Part shown: piece after piece, positions 1-9,312 of the stretch
Numbering within the stretch: position 1 is the stretch's first letter
How the letters are laid out: every line of letters begins with the position of its first letter
Assembly: GCA_041664945.1 (NCBI GenBank)
Contig: JBAYJY010000003.1
Location: forward strand, 8,415-72,414
Direction of reading: 5' to 3'
DNA from: a bacterium
Lineage (GTDB): Bacteria; UBP15; UBA6099
Length of the DNA: 64,000 nt
Notes under the pieces: model-generated
The model's input: the letters and a program-made list of their open reading frames with translations, nothing else
The model's database searches: none
What the model was told of the DNA's origin: nothing
Program-made: the position numbers and the translations under genes

Positions 1-705
1 GTCCATCTCCTTGGATTTGCCGAGCATCATCTGCCCGATAACCTGATTGTACGGCGGTGAAATGTTGCTGTCTATCACGGACACAAACCTGTCGCGAAGC
101 GCATCGCCGGCTCTCATCAGCAAACTAACGCGTCCGGGCCCGAGCCGTTTTGAGGCGCCCCATCGCTCGAGACTCATCCGCGCGCTTACGCCGTTTCGCC
201 GGTAAAATGTCCGCTGATACGGCTTCATCCCGGACACCGGCTTCAGTCTTCCCTCGAACACCCAGCGCTCGCCGAATTTCGGCTCGGGCGTTTTGTCGTA
301 AGGATATCGCAGCCACACCACGCCCGAAACCCTGGCGCTTTTGCCGCCGCCGTTCACTTCCTCGGCCCGGACTGTCAAAACAAGGCCGCCGTCTTTCGCC
401 AGGCCCGCCTGCGTCACCGTGCCGCGAAGCGTTTCAAAACGGCCCGCGTCTTTCCGCGACTCAAGATAACCCGAAAGCGTCGTGTTGCTATAAACCGCTT
501 CGTCAACTCCGAAGAGAAACCACGAAACAAAAAAAGCGCCCGCGAGCGCAAAGACCGCGAAAATCCGGTCCCTCCTTTGAAACGCCGCGGCGCCGGCCGC
601 CGCAAGAGCCGCGAGAACTCCCGTCGCCCAAAGAGGCGCCGCCAACGCCCAACCGGCGAGTATGCCCATCAAATACATTATTGTCAGCGGATATAATATC
701 GGCAT
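1..705 (-). CDS. ComEC/Rec2-family competence protein, N-terminal part (gene continues beyond window start; start codon ATG at 705..703)
   Basis: Hand translation of the minus frame ending at nt 1 gives a continuous ORF that begins MPILYPLTIMYLMGILAGWALAAP. It has two hydrophobic helices followed by a soluble region containing ...RYPYDKTPEPKFGERWVFEGRLKPVSGMKPYQRTFYRRNGVSARMSLE. This resembles the DUF4131/OB-fold N-terminus of ComEC. The ORF track does not list it because it runs off the window edge. Confidence 0.5.
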   Translation of the reverse strand, partial: MPILYPLTIMYLMGILAGWALAAPLWATGVLAALAAAGAAAFQRRDRIFAVFALAGAFFVSWFLFGVDEAVYSNTTLSGYLESRKDAGRFETLRGTVTQAGLAKDGGLVLTVRAEEVNGGGKSARVSGVVWLRYPYDKTPEPKFGERWVFEGRLKPVSGMKPYQRTFYRRNGVSARMSLERWGASKRLGPGRVSLLMRAGDALRDRFVSVIDSNISPPYNQVIGQMMLGKSKEMD

Positions 706-879
706 CTCGCGGCAAGTCCTCTTTCAGGCAAATGTAGCTCTCGCGCAACTCACTCTCTTTAGGAAAAACCGATTCTCTTTTATTTTAACATGCCTTTTGG
801 CATTTAGACAATCGCAATCCGGCCTGAATGTTGATATAATTTATAAATTGAAATTAAAGAATCGAAATGGACTCTTGAA

Positions 880-1731
880 ATGAAAAAATCATTTTCTTCG
901 TCAGGAATCGCTTTCATGCTTTTTGCCGCTGCTTTCCTCGCGCTCGCAATCAGAACAAGCGCGGAGCCGCTGCCGACGAAACGCCCGAATGTCGAAATCC
1001 TCAAGGTTTCGCATCGCGGGGCTTCGAGATTCGCGCCGGAAAACACTATCCCGGCGATCGAAAAAGCGCTCGACTTCGGATTCGACTACATCGAAATTGA
1101 CGTGAGATACGCAAAAGACGGCGTTCCAGTGCTTATGCACGACGAAAATGTGAAGCGCACGACAGACGGCAATGGACTAATCAGCGACATGACTCTTGAG
1201 GAGATAAAAAAGCTCGACGCCTCGGCGGCGACGGAATGGCGGGGGAAGTTCAAGGATGTTCGCGTGCCGACGCTCGAAGAAGCGCTCAGGACGATTCAGG
1301 GCCGCGCCTCTGTATATATCGACCAGAAAGACCCGCCGCGGCCGATACTTCTCAGCCTGTTGAAACAATACGGATTCTATCCCGATCGATGCGTAATCGT
1401 CGGCGGCAATCCAAACGCGCTCGCTTTTCTCAAGCTCGATCCGTCCGCTCAGATTCTGCTCTCCATCCGCAACGTCGAAGACATTCCGGAAATACTCAAA
1501 CTTTATCCTCACCCAAAAGCATTCAACACAACCTCAGGCATCCTCAGCAGAGAGCTTGTCGAAAAAGCGCATTCCCTTGGAATAATGATCTTTATGAATA
1601 CGCTCGGGTTCGAAGACATGCCCCCAATCATGAAAAAAGTTATCAGCGCCGGCGTGGACGCTATCCAGACCGATCATCCTGACGATCTTCTCAAAGTAAT
1701 AGCAAAAATCAAAAAGGAACGCGAAAAGTAG
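880..1731 (+). CDS. Glycerophosphodiester phosphodiesterase family protein (secreted)
   Basis: N-terminal signal peptide. The HRG motif (VSHRGASRFAPENT), an E-x-D motif (YIEIDVRYAKDGVPVLMHD) and overall length are typical of the GDPD fold. Confidence 0.8.
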   Translation: MKKSFSSSGIAFMLFAAAFLALAIRTSAEPLPTKRPNVEILKVSHRGASRFAPENTIPAIEKALDFGFDYIEIDVRYAKDGVPVLMHDENVKRTTDGNGLISDMTLEEIKKLDASAATEWRGKFKDVRVPTLEEALRTIQGRASVYIDQKDPPRPILLSLLKQYGFYPDRCVIVGGNPNALAFLKLDPSAQILLSIRNVEDIPEILKLYPHPKAFNTTSGILSRELVEKAHSLGIMIFMNTLGFEDMPPIMKKVISAGVDAIQTDHPDDLLKVIAKIKKEREK

Positions 1732-1856
1732 CCGTTTCCCTTTTAATGGATTTTTTTTAAATATTTCTCACACAGTTCTAAAAGATATATAATAGATTTT
1801 CAATATTGACCGGGCGCCGGAATCGCGCGCGGAAACACGAACAAGGGGGAAAAAAG

Positions 1857-2945
1857 ATGAAAGTCGTTATTCTGGGCGGATGCGGAGACATGGCGAAAGT
1901 CGCGGTTAACCTAATGCTCGCTGAAACCGATGTCACCGAATTGATCATAGCGGACCTGAACCTGAAAAAAGCGGAGGAAATCGCCGCGGCGTCAGGCTCT
2001 AAAGCGAAAGCGATAAAAGTAGACGCAGGCAGCCACGACAGCGTTGTCGAAGCGGTAAAAGGATGCGACGTCGCTCTTGGTTTCGTAGGCCCGTTCTACA
2101 AATTCGAGAAAAAGATTGTCGACGCCTGCATCGATGCAGGAACCCCGTACGTCAGCATCATGGACGACTATGATGCCTATCTCGACGTGATCACGCTCGA
2201 TGAAAAAGCGAAGAAAGCGGGCCTGACGATGATCTGCGGGCTTGGCAATTCGCCGGGAATCACAAACATTCTCGCAAAAAAAGGCTACCTGTCTATGGAC
2301 GCTCCCGAAAAAATCCACGTTCAGTGGGCCGGCGGCTCCAACGAAGATATCGGACCGGCCAACGTTAAACACGTGCTTCACATCTTCTCAGGCACAACGC
2401 TTCAATGGCTCAACGGAAAAGAAACGCGCGTCAAAACAGGCACAAACAAAAAAATCGTCGAATTCCCGGAACCGATGGGGAAACTTCCGGTTTATTACAC
2501 CGGCCATGCGGAATCCGTTTCAGTTCCTCGCAATCTGAAGGGGCTCAAGGAAGTCACGCTTCACGGCGGCGCGCACCCGTCATACATCGCCGTGCTCGCC
2601 ACAACCATCGGCAATCTCGGCCTTAGCAACACACCCGAGAAACGGGAGAAACTGGCTAAAGCCCTCGTTCCGATACTCGGAGTCTTCGCAACCGGCGGCA
2701 TTGATAAATCCGTATTCAGAATCGACGTTTACGGAAAAAAGAACGGCAAAGCGGCTCACCATTATTACACAGGAGTCGGCCATATCGCAGACATCACAAG
2801 CATTCCGTGCGTGGAAGCCGCTCTAATGATAGGTCGCGGGGAACTGAAAAAACCTGGCGTCCATGCCGCTGAAAGCGCGCTTGAACCGGCCGAGTTCCTT
2901 CCGAGACTCGAAAAACGGGGCATTGAACTTAAATATTACGAATAA
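1857..2945 (+). CDS. Saccharopine dehydrogenase NADP-binding family oxidoreductase
   Basis: Rossmann N-terminus MKVVILGGCGDMAKVAV. The ...GLGNSPGITN and overall architecture match the Sacchrp_dh_NADP family. Start chosen at ATG 1857, which follows an AAGGGGG RBS. Confidence 0.65.
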   Translation: MKVVILGGCGDMAKVAVNLMLAETDVTELIIADLNLKKAEEIAAASGSKAKAIKVDAGSHDSVVEAVKGCDVALGFVGPFYKFEKKIVDACIDAGTPYVSIMDDYDAYLDVITLDEKAKKAGLTMICGLGNSPGITNILAKKGYLSMDAPEKIHVQWAGGSNEDIGPANVKHVLHIFSGTTLQWLNGKETRVKTGTNKKIVEFPEPMGKLPVYYTGHAESVSVPRNLKGLKEVTLHGGAHPSYIAVLATTIGNLGLSNTPEKREKLAKALVPILGVFATGGIDKSVFRIDVYGKKNGKAAHHYYTGVGHIADITSIPCVEAALMIGRGELKKPGVHAAESALEPAEFLPRLEKRGIELKYYE

Positions 2946-3291
2946 TCGGCGCTTTTCGAACGGCTGATCGGTTAATAATGCTTCTCATATCTTTTAAATA
3001 AGGCATTTTCAGATGCCGTTAATGAGATGTTTCGGCATTTATTTTACGTTATTCGAAGGGTTTATTTTGGTCAAAGCGCAATATAGCTTGATAAAAGGAG
3101 TAATTACTTGAAATAAGCATTAAATAGGGTTTTAATCTCGCTTAGTTCTATTTTTAGCGGATATACGCCTCGATGCTTTGGTATTAATGTCTGAAAATAC
3201 AGAAACTTTTTTTCCCGGGGGCGGATAGTAATGATAGACTGATTTCAGACAGCAGGCGCTGTTTGAGAGTGAATTTTGAAAAATAAATAAA

Positions 3292-3322
3292 TTGTTACGG
3301 CGGCGGGAAGATGGTGTATAAT
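3292..3322 (+). promoter_or_regulatory. Sigma70-like promoter: -35 TTGTTA, 17 bp spacer, extended -10 TGTATAAT
   Basis: Reading ttgttacggcggcgggaagatggtgtataat directly. It would give a ~215 nt 5' UTR ahead of the OMP gene start at 3544. Confidence 0.4.
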
Positions 3323-3543
3323 ACTCTCCCTGTAGCGTCGAAACAACAGAATAGTCATTAACAGGACTACGGCTAAACTGTACCGAAAGGAGGTGCAACG
3401 AACTTGGAACGGTCTATAAACCCGAAACCGGTTGAAGAGGAAACAAGGTCACTCTCCATAAAGGAATTGGGCGAAAGGATCGAAACACTACAATGCCGAA
3501 AAAGTCCGGATTCTTATTTTCGTTAAATTCCAAGGAGGCAATA

Positions 3544-4551
3544 ATGAAGAAAGCAATTAGTGCAATTATCGCGACAATCGTGATGGGCGCAGCCCTTCCG
3601 GTCCTCGCAGCAGACAGCGCTCCGGTGCTGAACATGAACGTTCGCTTCATGGCGACGACAGACAACAATGTTACAGGCACGACCATTCTTCCGGCAGAAA
3701 ACAGAATGAGCCTGCACACTGTTGAACTCACCGCAAAGCAGGAAGTCGACAACATCGGCGGATACCTCCAGTATCGCATAGCCGATCAGTCTTACACGGC
3801 TCCCCTCGGCAAGGCCGCCAGCGAAAGCTATCCGGTCGAAGCCAAAGCTTATTACACAAGCGGCGCATTCAAAGTTTCAGGCGGCTTGCAGTTCGTTCCA
3901 TTCGGAATTTACAAATGGAACAACCTGTACAACCCGTTCCTCGACATCCCCGGCAAAATGGGACAGATTTGGGACGCGGACTGGGGCATTCTCGGAACAT
4001 ATGATGCCAAACCGCTTCTCATCGATCTCGGTTACTGGACGAACGCCGGCGAAACGCTCGGCAGAGAAACAGCCGAAAAGAACACCTACACAGGACGCAT
4101 CGGCTACAACTTCCTCAGCAACCTGAACGCCGGCTTCTCTTATCTGAACGGCAAAGTCGACAGAAATGCCGACGCAGTCGCTTTGACAACGAGAAAAGAG
4201 TGGGCGCTCGACTCCACATGGGGAATCATCCCGAACCTTCAACTCAGCGGCCAGTATGTTGATTATTCTCTCGGCGACACCGAAATCGCGAAGGCCGACG
4301 GCAATTACGGCGCTATCCAGTTGAAGTATGACATCGTTAAGGTCCCGAGCCCGCTGAACAGGATCACACCGGTTCTTCAGTATTCGTGGAACGATGTTAA
4401 GAACGGCGTAAAAACGAAGAACTATCAGGAAGAACTGTGGATCAAAGCAGGAAAGAACCTCGATGTATTCTTCCAGTATGCACAGGAAAAAGTTCCGACA
4501 GTTGACACAGACAAGAAGGGTGTCATCGCAGTTAAATACAGCTTCCAATAA
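3544..4551 (+). CDS. Outer-membrane beta-barrel protein (porin/OmpA-like barrel, unknown specificity)
   Basis: AAGGAGG RBS, then the signal peptide MKKAISAIIATIVMGAALPVLAADS. The body has alternating amphipathic strands and is rich in aromatic and Gly residues. The C-terminus ends ...AVKYSFQ, with the terminal Phe typical of BAM substrates. Confidence 0.6.
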   Translation: MKKAISAIIATIVMGAALPVLAADSAPVLNMNVRFMATTDNNVTGTTILPAENRMSLHTVELTAKQEVDNIGGYLQYRIADQSYTAPLGKAASESYPVEAKAYYTSGAFKVSGGLQFVPFGIYKWNNLYNPFLDIPGKMGQIWDADWGILGTYDAKPLLIDLGYWTNAGETLGRETAEKNTYTGRIGYNFLSNLNAGFSYLNGKVDRNADAVALTTRKEWALDSTWGIIPNLQLSGQYVDYSLGDTEIAKADGNYGAIQLKYDIVKVPSPLNRITPVLQYSWNDVKNGVKTKNYQEELWIKAGKNLDVFFQYAQEKVPTVDTDKKGVIAVKYSFQ

Positions 4552-4689
4552 GCTGAATTTCAGACCCGGACAAACTAACCGGAGGCAGGCGGAAGTCAAC
4601 AACTCAGCCTTCTGAAAGCGAAATCGGAGAGAGGCCACAGCGCCAACCTCCTTCTCCGCTCACCGGCTCGGTTTCCGGCAAAGGAAACT

Positions 4690-4722
4690 AAAAAAAGGCC
4701 CTCTTAGCAGGGCCTTTTTTAT
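4690..4722 (+). terminator. Rho-independent terminator after OMP gene
   Basis: aaaaaaaGGCCCTcttagcAGGGCCtttttt: a GC hairpin followed by a T-run. Confidence 0.7.
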
Positions 4723-4847
4723 TTCCCCTTCTGTTCATGCCGGACTCAGCAAACTGCGCCACTACGCCCTATTGCCATCCTGCGCATCTAACTTTTTCAT
4801 TTCCCCCGCGCCCAAAATCCATAATATGAGTATATAATTAAACAGCC

Positions 4848-5432
4848 ATGCCGTTGGAAATGACCCTCGAAGAGGAAAAACAACTGATCGAAAAAGCGCG
4901 CGCAGGCGACGGCGAGGCTTTCGGACGCATTTACGACGCTTTCAAAACGCCGATTTTCCGAACCGTAATTTTTCCGCGAGTCAGAGAAGTTTCAGCTGCT
5001 GAGGAAATCCTTCAGGACACTTTCCTCCTTGCGCTCGAAAAGCTCGATGTTTTTGAGTGGCAGGAACGAAGCATCTTCTTCTGGATCAGAATGATCGCGA
5101 TTAATAAGGTTCGAGAGTGGATCTCCGGAACAACTCGCACAGCCACCGTTGACAGCGCCGTGCTCGATTACCAGCCAGACAACGCCTACCAACCTGAGAA
5201 TCAGGTGATTCTCGAGGATCAGGAATCCGAACTTCACAAAAAAACCGCGATAATACTGGAAGAAATAAACGATCGGTACAGCGGCGCCATACGGCTGCGA
5301 CTGCTCGAAAAAAAATCGCGCGAGGATTGCGCCGCCGCCCTCGAAATCAGCGTCGAAACATTTGATGTTGTTTTTTTTAGGGCCTGTAAGGCATTCCGCA
5401 AAGCATACATAGATAAATATGGAGAGTTATAG
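4848..5432 (+). CDS. ECF-family RNA polymerase sigma factor (sigma-70 regions 2 and 4)
   Basis: Region 2-like ...FGRIYDAFKTPIFRTVIFP... and region 4-like ...RLRLLEKKSREDCAAALEISVETFDVVFFRACKAFRK at the C-terminus. Size is ~190 aa. Confidence 0.8.
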   Translation: MPLEMTLEEEKQLIEKARAGDGEAFGRIYDAFKTPIFRTVIFPRVREVSAAEEILQDTFLLALEKLDVFEWQERSIFFWIRMIAINKVREWISGTTRTATVDSAVLDYQPDNAYQPENQVILEDQESELHKKTAIILEEINDRYSGAIRLRLLEKKSREDCAAALEISVETFDVVFFRACKAFRKAYIDKYGEL

Positions 5433-5490
5433 TCCCTATCCGCAGGGGCGCATCATACTGTGCCAATATTAAGTATAGAGATATTAGGCC

Positions 5491-6048
5491 ATGGACGAAG
5501 AAAAAGAAAAACAACTTGCTGCCCGACTCGGCGAAATTATTGACGGAAAACCGTTAAATGAAGCCGAAAATCCGGAACTGAACGAGGCTGCGGACACCGC
5601 AGCGGCGATCCTTAGCGCGTTCGGCGAAGCGCCTGAACTAAATCCCGCCTTCTCTGAAACCCTGAGAGCCCGGCTGGTTCGCGAAACACAGAAACGCGCT
5701 TTTTCCGCGCCCGCGTCGAAACAACGCCGTTTTCCCGCCCCCCCGTCGCGCCGATGGTACAGTTTCGCCGCTGCAGCAGTTTTCTTTCTTTTCTTTTTGC
5801 CTACTCTTTTCATTGCAAGGGACATCAATAACAGATACAAGCTTCACTTAGTCGAAAAATATGATAAAATGTATGTGCCGTATTCAAAGCAACTGTCGAA
5901 GAACGACTATCTCGGAAAAAACCTGAGGCCATTCAGCGAAAAGGATTTTCTAAAGACAACAACGATGGGCTTCAATCCTAAAAAGAATAGAGGCGACTCG
6001 TTTTTTATTAATACTTACCGGCCTGATAAAGGTGGAGGCGATCAGTGA
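5491..6048 (+). CDS. Putative anti-sigma factor (single-pass membrane protein) cognate to the ECF sigma
   Basis: Lies immediately downstream of the ECF sigma gene. It has an acidic N-terminal cytoplasmic segment, one TM helix (WYSFAAAAVFFLFFLPTLFIA) and an extracytoplasmic tail. I recognise no catalytic motif. Confidence 0.4.
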   Translation: MDEEKEKQLAARLGEIIDGKPLNEAENPELNEAADTAAAILSAFGEAPELNPAFSETLRARLVRETQKRAFSAPASKQRRFPAPPSRRWYSFAAAAVFFLFFLPTLFIARDINNRYKLHLVEKYDKMYVPYSKQLSKNDYLGKNLRPFSEKDFLKTTTMGFNPKKNRGDSFFINTYRPDKGGGDQ

Positions 6049-6608
6049 TGAGAAATAACGCTAAAAAAAGACGCCTGTGGAGTCTGCTGATAATTTTCAC
6101 GCTTGCCGCCGCCGTTGCGTCAGTTTCATCAACAACCGCGATCTCTCAAAAGGAAAAACTCTCCCGCGAAGACGAAAAAAAATACCAACTCGCGTTCGAT
6201 TCCGCCCTCGCCCATTATGAAAAAGCTAATATTTTGTACAAAAAAGAAAAAGTAGATGAAACGATTAAAGAACTCGAAGCTATTATAGATATCGAGTTTC
6301 CAGCCGGCACGGGAGATCGGGACGGCCTTCGGCTCCAGCTCGACACACGCTCTTTTCTCGGCGAGCTATACTTAGAAAAGAAACAGCCGGACAAAGCGGT
6401 AAAAACCCTTAAAGCGGGTTTGAAACAGGCCCCCGACATAAGCCAACAAACATATCAGTTATATATGACGCTCGGACATGTTTATAAAGAAATGAATAAA
6501 AATGACGAGGCTCTCGCCGCCTTTGATAAAGCCCAAAAAATCAACGACACGCTCAAGAAACAAAAAGAGGCCGAGGAAAAAGCATCCGGGAAAAAGAAAG
6601 ATTCCTGA
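6045..6608 (+). CDS. Secreted TPR-like repeat protein
   Basis: 4 bp overlap (ATGA) with the upstream gene, plus a signal peptide. TPR-like helical repeats are visible (YEKANILYKKEKVDETIKELEAII..., AVKTLKAGLKQAPD..., ALAAFDKAQKIN). Confidence 0.5.
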   Translation: MMRNNAKKRRLWSLLIIFTLAAAVASVSSTTAISQKEKLSREDEKKYQLAFDSALAHYEKANILYKKEKVDETIKELEAIIDIEFPAGTGDRDGLRLQLDTRSFLGELYLEKKQPDKAVKTLKAGLKQAPDISQQTYQLYMTLGHVYKEMNKNDEALAAFDKAQKINDTLKKQKEAEEKASGKKKDS

Positions 6609-6708
6609 AATAGATTGGAACGCTAACGTTTTTTTTGTTCAGCCGCAGCTTTTCAACAAATGTTTATCCTTATAGAGTAAAAAAACGATGGTTGCGCCTC
6701 TCTGACAA

Positions 6709-7677
6709 CTAACCGATTTCAAACAGTTCGTTCAACTTGGTCGCCTCGAAAAGTGTTTTCAGATTAGCGTCCAATCCTGTAATGATCAGCGCGCGGTTTT
6801 TCGATTTGAGTTTTCTGCGGATAGTATTGAACTGGCTGAGGCCGTAAGAATCCACGAAATGACAATTCCCGAGGTCAAGACTTACCGGTCCCGAGGAGGC
6901 CGAAATGACGCCTTCGACAAATCCGCGGAAGGTCGCGGCATTCGTATAATTAATATCGCCTTCCACATGAATAATAATGCCGCCGCCTTTAACCGAAGTG
7001 GTCAGATTCATCTCGGAAGGCGCGGAAGCCGGCGGAGGCGGAGTGGCCGCCGGGATGGAATCCGGCGTTTTGCATTTGACCGTATCGCAACTCGCATCCT
7101 TCATGCCGAGCCTTTTAATATTCTCAATTGCGACCGAAGCGGCCCACCGGATATCCGGATCTTCATCGTTCATTACCATAAGAAGCGGTTCTATGGCCGC
7201 TGTGTCTCCGATTTTGCCTAGAGTGTGAATCGCCCGCCACTTCATTTCCCAATCGGTCATTTTCAGAACGGTGATCAGCGGTTCAACCGCGCGCGCGGGC
7301 GTAATCTTGTGCAGCGCCCGTATAACCTCGATCAACACGTTTTTGTCCTGCTCGTCGAACATCAACATGCGTATGAGACACGCCACGGTCTCGTCGCCGC
7401 CGATCTCGCCGAGAGCCTGAACAACATTTCGCCGCGCGAACCGGTCATCGCTGTCGAGCGCCCTGATCAGCGGCGCGATCGAATCTGCGCCGAACTGTGC
7501 CAGCGCCTGAATGGCGTTCCAGCGCACAAGCGTGTCCTCGTCATTCAGCGCTGAAATCAACGGGTGTATCGCCCGATGGTCGCCAAGCTTTCCGAGGTCT
7601 TCAATTAAACTCGCCTTTACTACGCCCCGGTCGCTAACCTTTAATTTTTCTATTATCTGCTGCACCTGATCCGACAT
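6709..7677 (-). CDS. HEAT-repeat (PBS-lyase type) :: STAS-domain fusion protein (anti-sigma-factor-antagonist-like C-terminus)
   Basis: Five or six HEAT-like repeats (e.g. RAIHPLISALNDEDTLVRWNAIQALAQFG, DSDDRFARRNVVQALGEIG, DEDPDIRWAASVAIENI). After a Pro-rich linker comes a C-terminal STAS/SpoIIAA-like domain with the phosphorylatable motif FVDSYGL. Confidence 0.6.
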   Translation of the reverse strand: MSDQVQQIIEKLKVSDRGVVKASLIEDLGKLGDHRAIHPLISALNDEDTLVRWNAIQALAQFGADSIAPLIRALDSDDRFARRNVVQALGEIGGDETVACLIRMLMFDEQDKNVLIEVIRALHKITPARAVEPLITVLKMTDWEMKWRAIHTLGKIGDTAAIEPLLMVMNDEDPDIRWAASVAIENIKRLGMKDASCDTVKCKTPDSIPAATPPPPASAPSEMNLTTSVKGGGIIIHVEGDINYTNAATFRGFVEGVISASSGPVSLDLGNCHFVDSYGLSQFNTIRRKLKSKNRALIITGLDANLKTLFEATKLNELFEIG

Positions 7678-7828
7678 GACTTTTCACTTTAACTCAAATC
7701 GCGAGTCTTCCTTTGCGCCTATTATTTTCCGAATTATCCTAAATTATAATCATTTAAAAAACCGTTCCAATGGCGGCGGAAAACTTTCCCCGTTGCGCCA
7801 AACCGCATATTCGATCTACAATAGGTGA

Positions 7829-8308
7829 ATGGATAAAGACGCTCAAACGATTTCTTCGCCTCAGGATTATGTTTTTCTGACCCTCACCACTTACCGGAAA
7901 AGAAACGTGTTTATAAATGATCCGATATGCGAGGCTCTTTGCGAAGCGATGACTTTTCACATGAAAAGCGGCCACGTCGAGCTCGCCGGGTTCGTCATCA
8001 TGCCCGATCACGTTCATTTTCTGATCCGCCCGCGCGATTGGACTATTTCAGATTTCGTAAACAATTTCAAAACATATACCGGCATCAAAGTAAAAAGCAT
8101 CGGCCGCTTCTCGCGAAAAGTGTGGCGGCGCAGATTTTACGACATCCCGATGGACAGCCCGGCGGATTTTCGAAAAAAGCTCGATAATATGCACAACAAT
8201 CCACTTGCAAAAAAAATTGCCGCCAAGCCACACGAATATCCATGGTCCAGCGCCGCAAATTACTTTGGCTGGCCGGGAACCGTTCCCGTTACTATCGCTC
8301 GGTTTTAG
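7829..8308 (+). mobile_element. IS200/IS605-like HUH Y1 transposase (REP-associated tyrosine transposase, RAYT-like), solitary
   Basis: 159 aa with the HUH motif (MPDHVHFLIRP) and a C-terminal catalytic Tyr motif (YPWSSAANY). This is the Y1 transposase layout. No tnpB-like partner ORF is present. Confidence 0.6.
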
Positions 8309-8548
8309 TTAAGCCGTCCCGCGGTTCAGCCAAGCGGATATTTGCCTAAACAGACATTCAATATAATCCAATTCGGTCAACTTTTTGTAATATATGTGGA
8401 ATCTATATATAGAAACATAAAAAGCCGGTCAAGCCGGCCTTGCCGGTTTCGGCGTTTACTATCGGCGCAGCCCGATAATTCTTTACTTTTCGAGCTGTTT
8501 TAGCTACAATTAAGATTGTTAAGCGCCGGTATGAAAAGGAGAACATAT

Positions 8549-9115
8549 ATGAGGAAAAGAGCGATATTTTTCTTGTTATCCACAATGATCGCCCTCTCTG
8601 CGCTGACAGTCGGATGCTCAAAATCAGCTCTCGACCTTTACAAAGCAGAAGTCAAAAAGAATCCGAACAGCCCTCAGGCGCACAATAACCTCGCTTATAA
8701 GCTGACTCAGATGAAACAGTATGAAGCCGCCTTGAAGGAATACGACAAGTCGCTGGAGTTGCGCCCCGGAGATTTTCTTGCCGCAAACAACAAAGGCTTC
8801 ATTCTCTACAATATGGGACGCTATAACGAAGCGATCGCGGTTTTCAGCAAGCTTATTAAACAAGAACCAAGCAACAGCCTCCTGTGGAACAACGTCGCCA
8901 TGTGCTTCCACAAAATGAAAAAATACAGCGAGGCTTACGCATTTTATTCAAAATCGCTGGAACTTAACCCCTTGAACTCTCAGGCGTCGAACGGGATGAA
9001 GATTCTTCAGGATGAAATGAAAAAAGCTAAACTGCCTTTCCCGCCCTCGCCGGCTCCGGCGCCACAGGCCACCGAAAAAATACCTGCGACTCCGAATGCG
9101 AAAGTCGCGAAATAG
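8549..9115 (+). CDS. TPR-repeat lipoprotein
   Basis: Lipobox LTVGC after the signal peptide MRKRAIFFLLSTMIALSA. Several TPR units are present (AHNNLAYKLTQMKQYEAALKEYDKSLEL, NNKGFILYNMGRYNEAIAVFSKLIK, WNNVAMCFHKMKKYSEAYAFYSKSLEL). Confidence 0.6.
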   Translation: MRKRAIFFLLSTMIALSALTVGCSKSALDLYKAEVKKNPNSPQAHNNLAYKLTQMKQYEAALKEYDKSLELRPGDFLAANNKGFILYNMGRYNEAIAVFSKLIKQEPSNSLLWNNVAMCFHKMKKYSEAYAFYSKSLELNPLNSQASNGMKILQDEMKKAKLPFPPSPAPAPQATEKIPATPNAKVAK

Positions 9116-9312
9116 AGGCCACACGCTTTCTTTCGGGATTTCACTTCTCGAATACTATCGGATAATCAAGCGCCGGACACAGTTTTTTTGATTCAATCGC
9201 ATGTCTTTCATCAAACGCTTTTATCATTTATTCCGAGTCTGCCGATAGAATTCGGGTTCATTGATGGGCGTAATTTCCGGCGCTATAATTAATACACAGG
9301 CTTCTTAGTCCG

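Noticed and set aside
150-737. 195-aa plus-strand ORF rich in Arg/Pro at the window start
   Set aside because: Low-complexity Arg/Pro-rich translation typical of the antisense frame in high-GC DNA. The opposite strand carries a coherent ComEC-like membrane protein across the same span.
2946-3291. 88-aa minus-strand ORF (3132-3398) and other small ORFs in the 600-bp AT-rich gap before the OMP gene
   Set aside because: No RBS, odd amino-acid composition, and the region is better explained as promoter/leader DNA for the OMP gene.
7690-8420. REP/REPIN hairpins or IS200 subterminal structures flanking the RAYT-like gene
   Set aside because: Only weak, short complementary stretches (GCGGTT / AACCGC) were found by eye. 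That is not enough to call inverted repeats or REP elements. It is left as a hypothesis in the findings.
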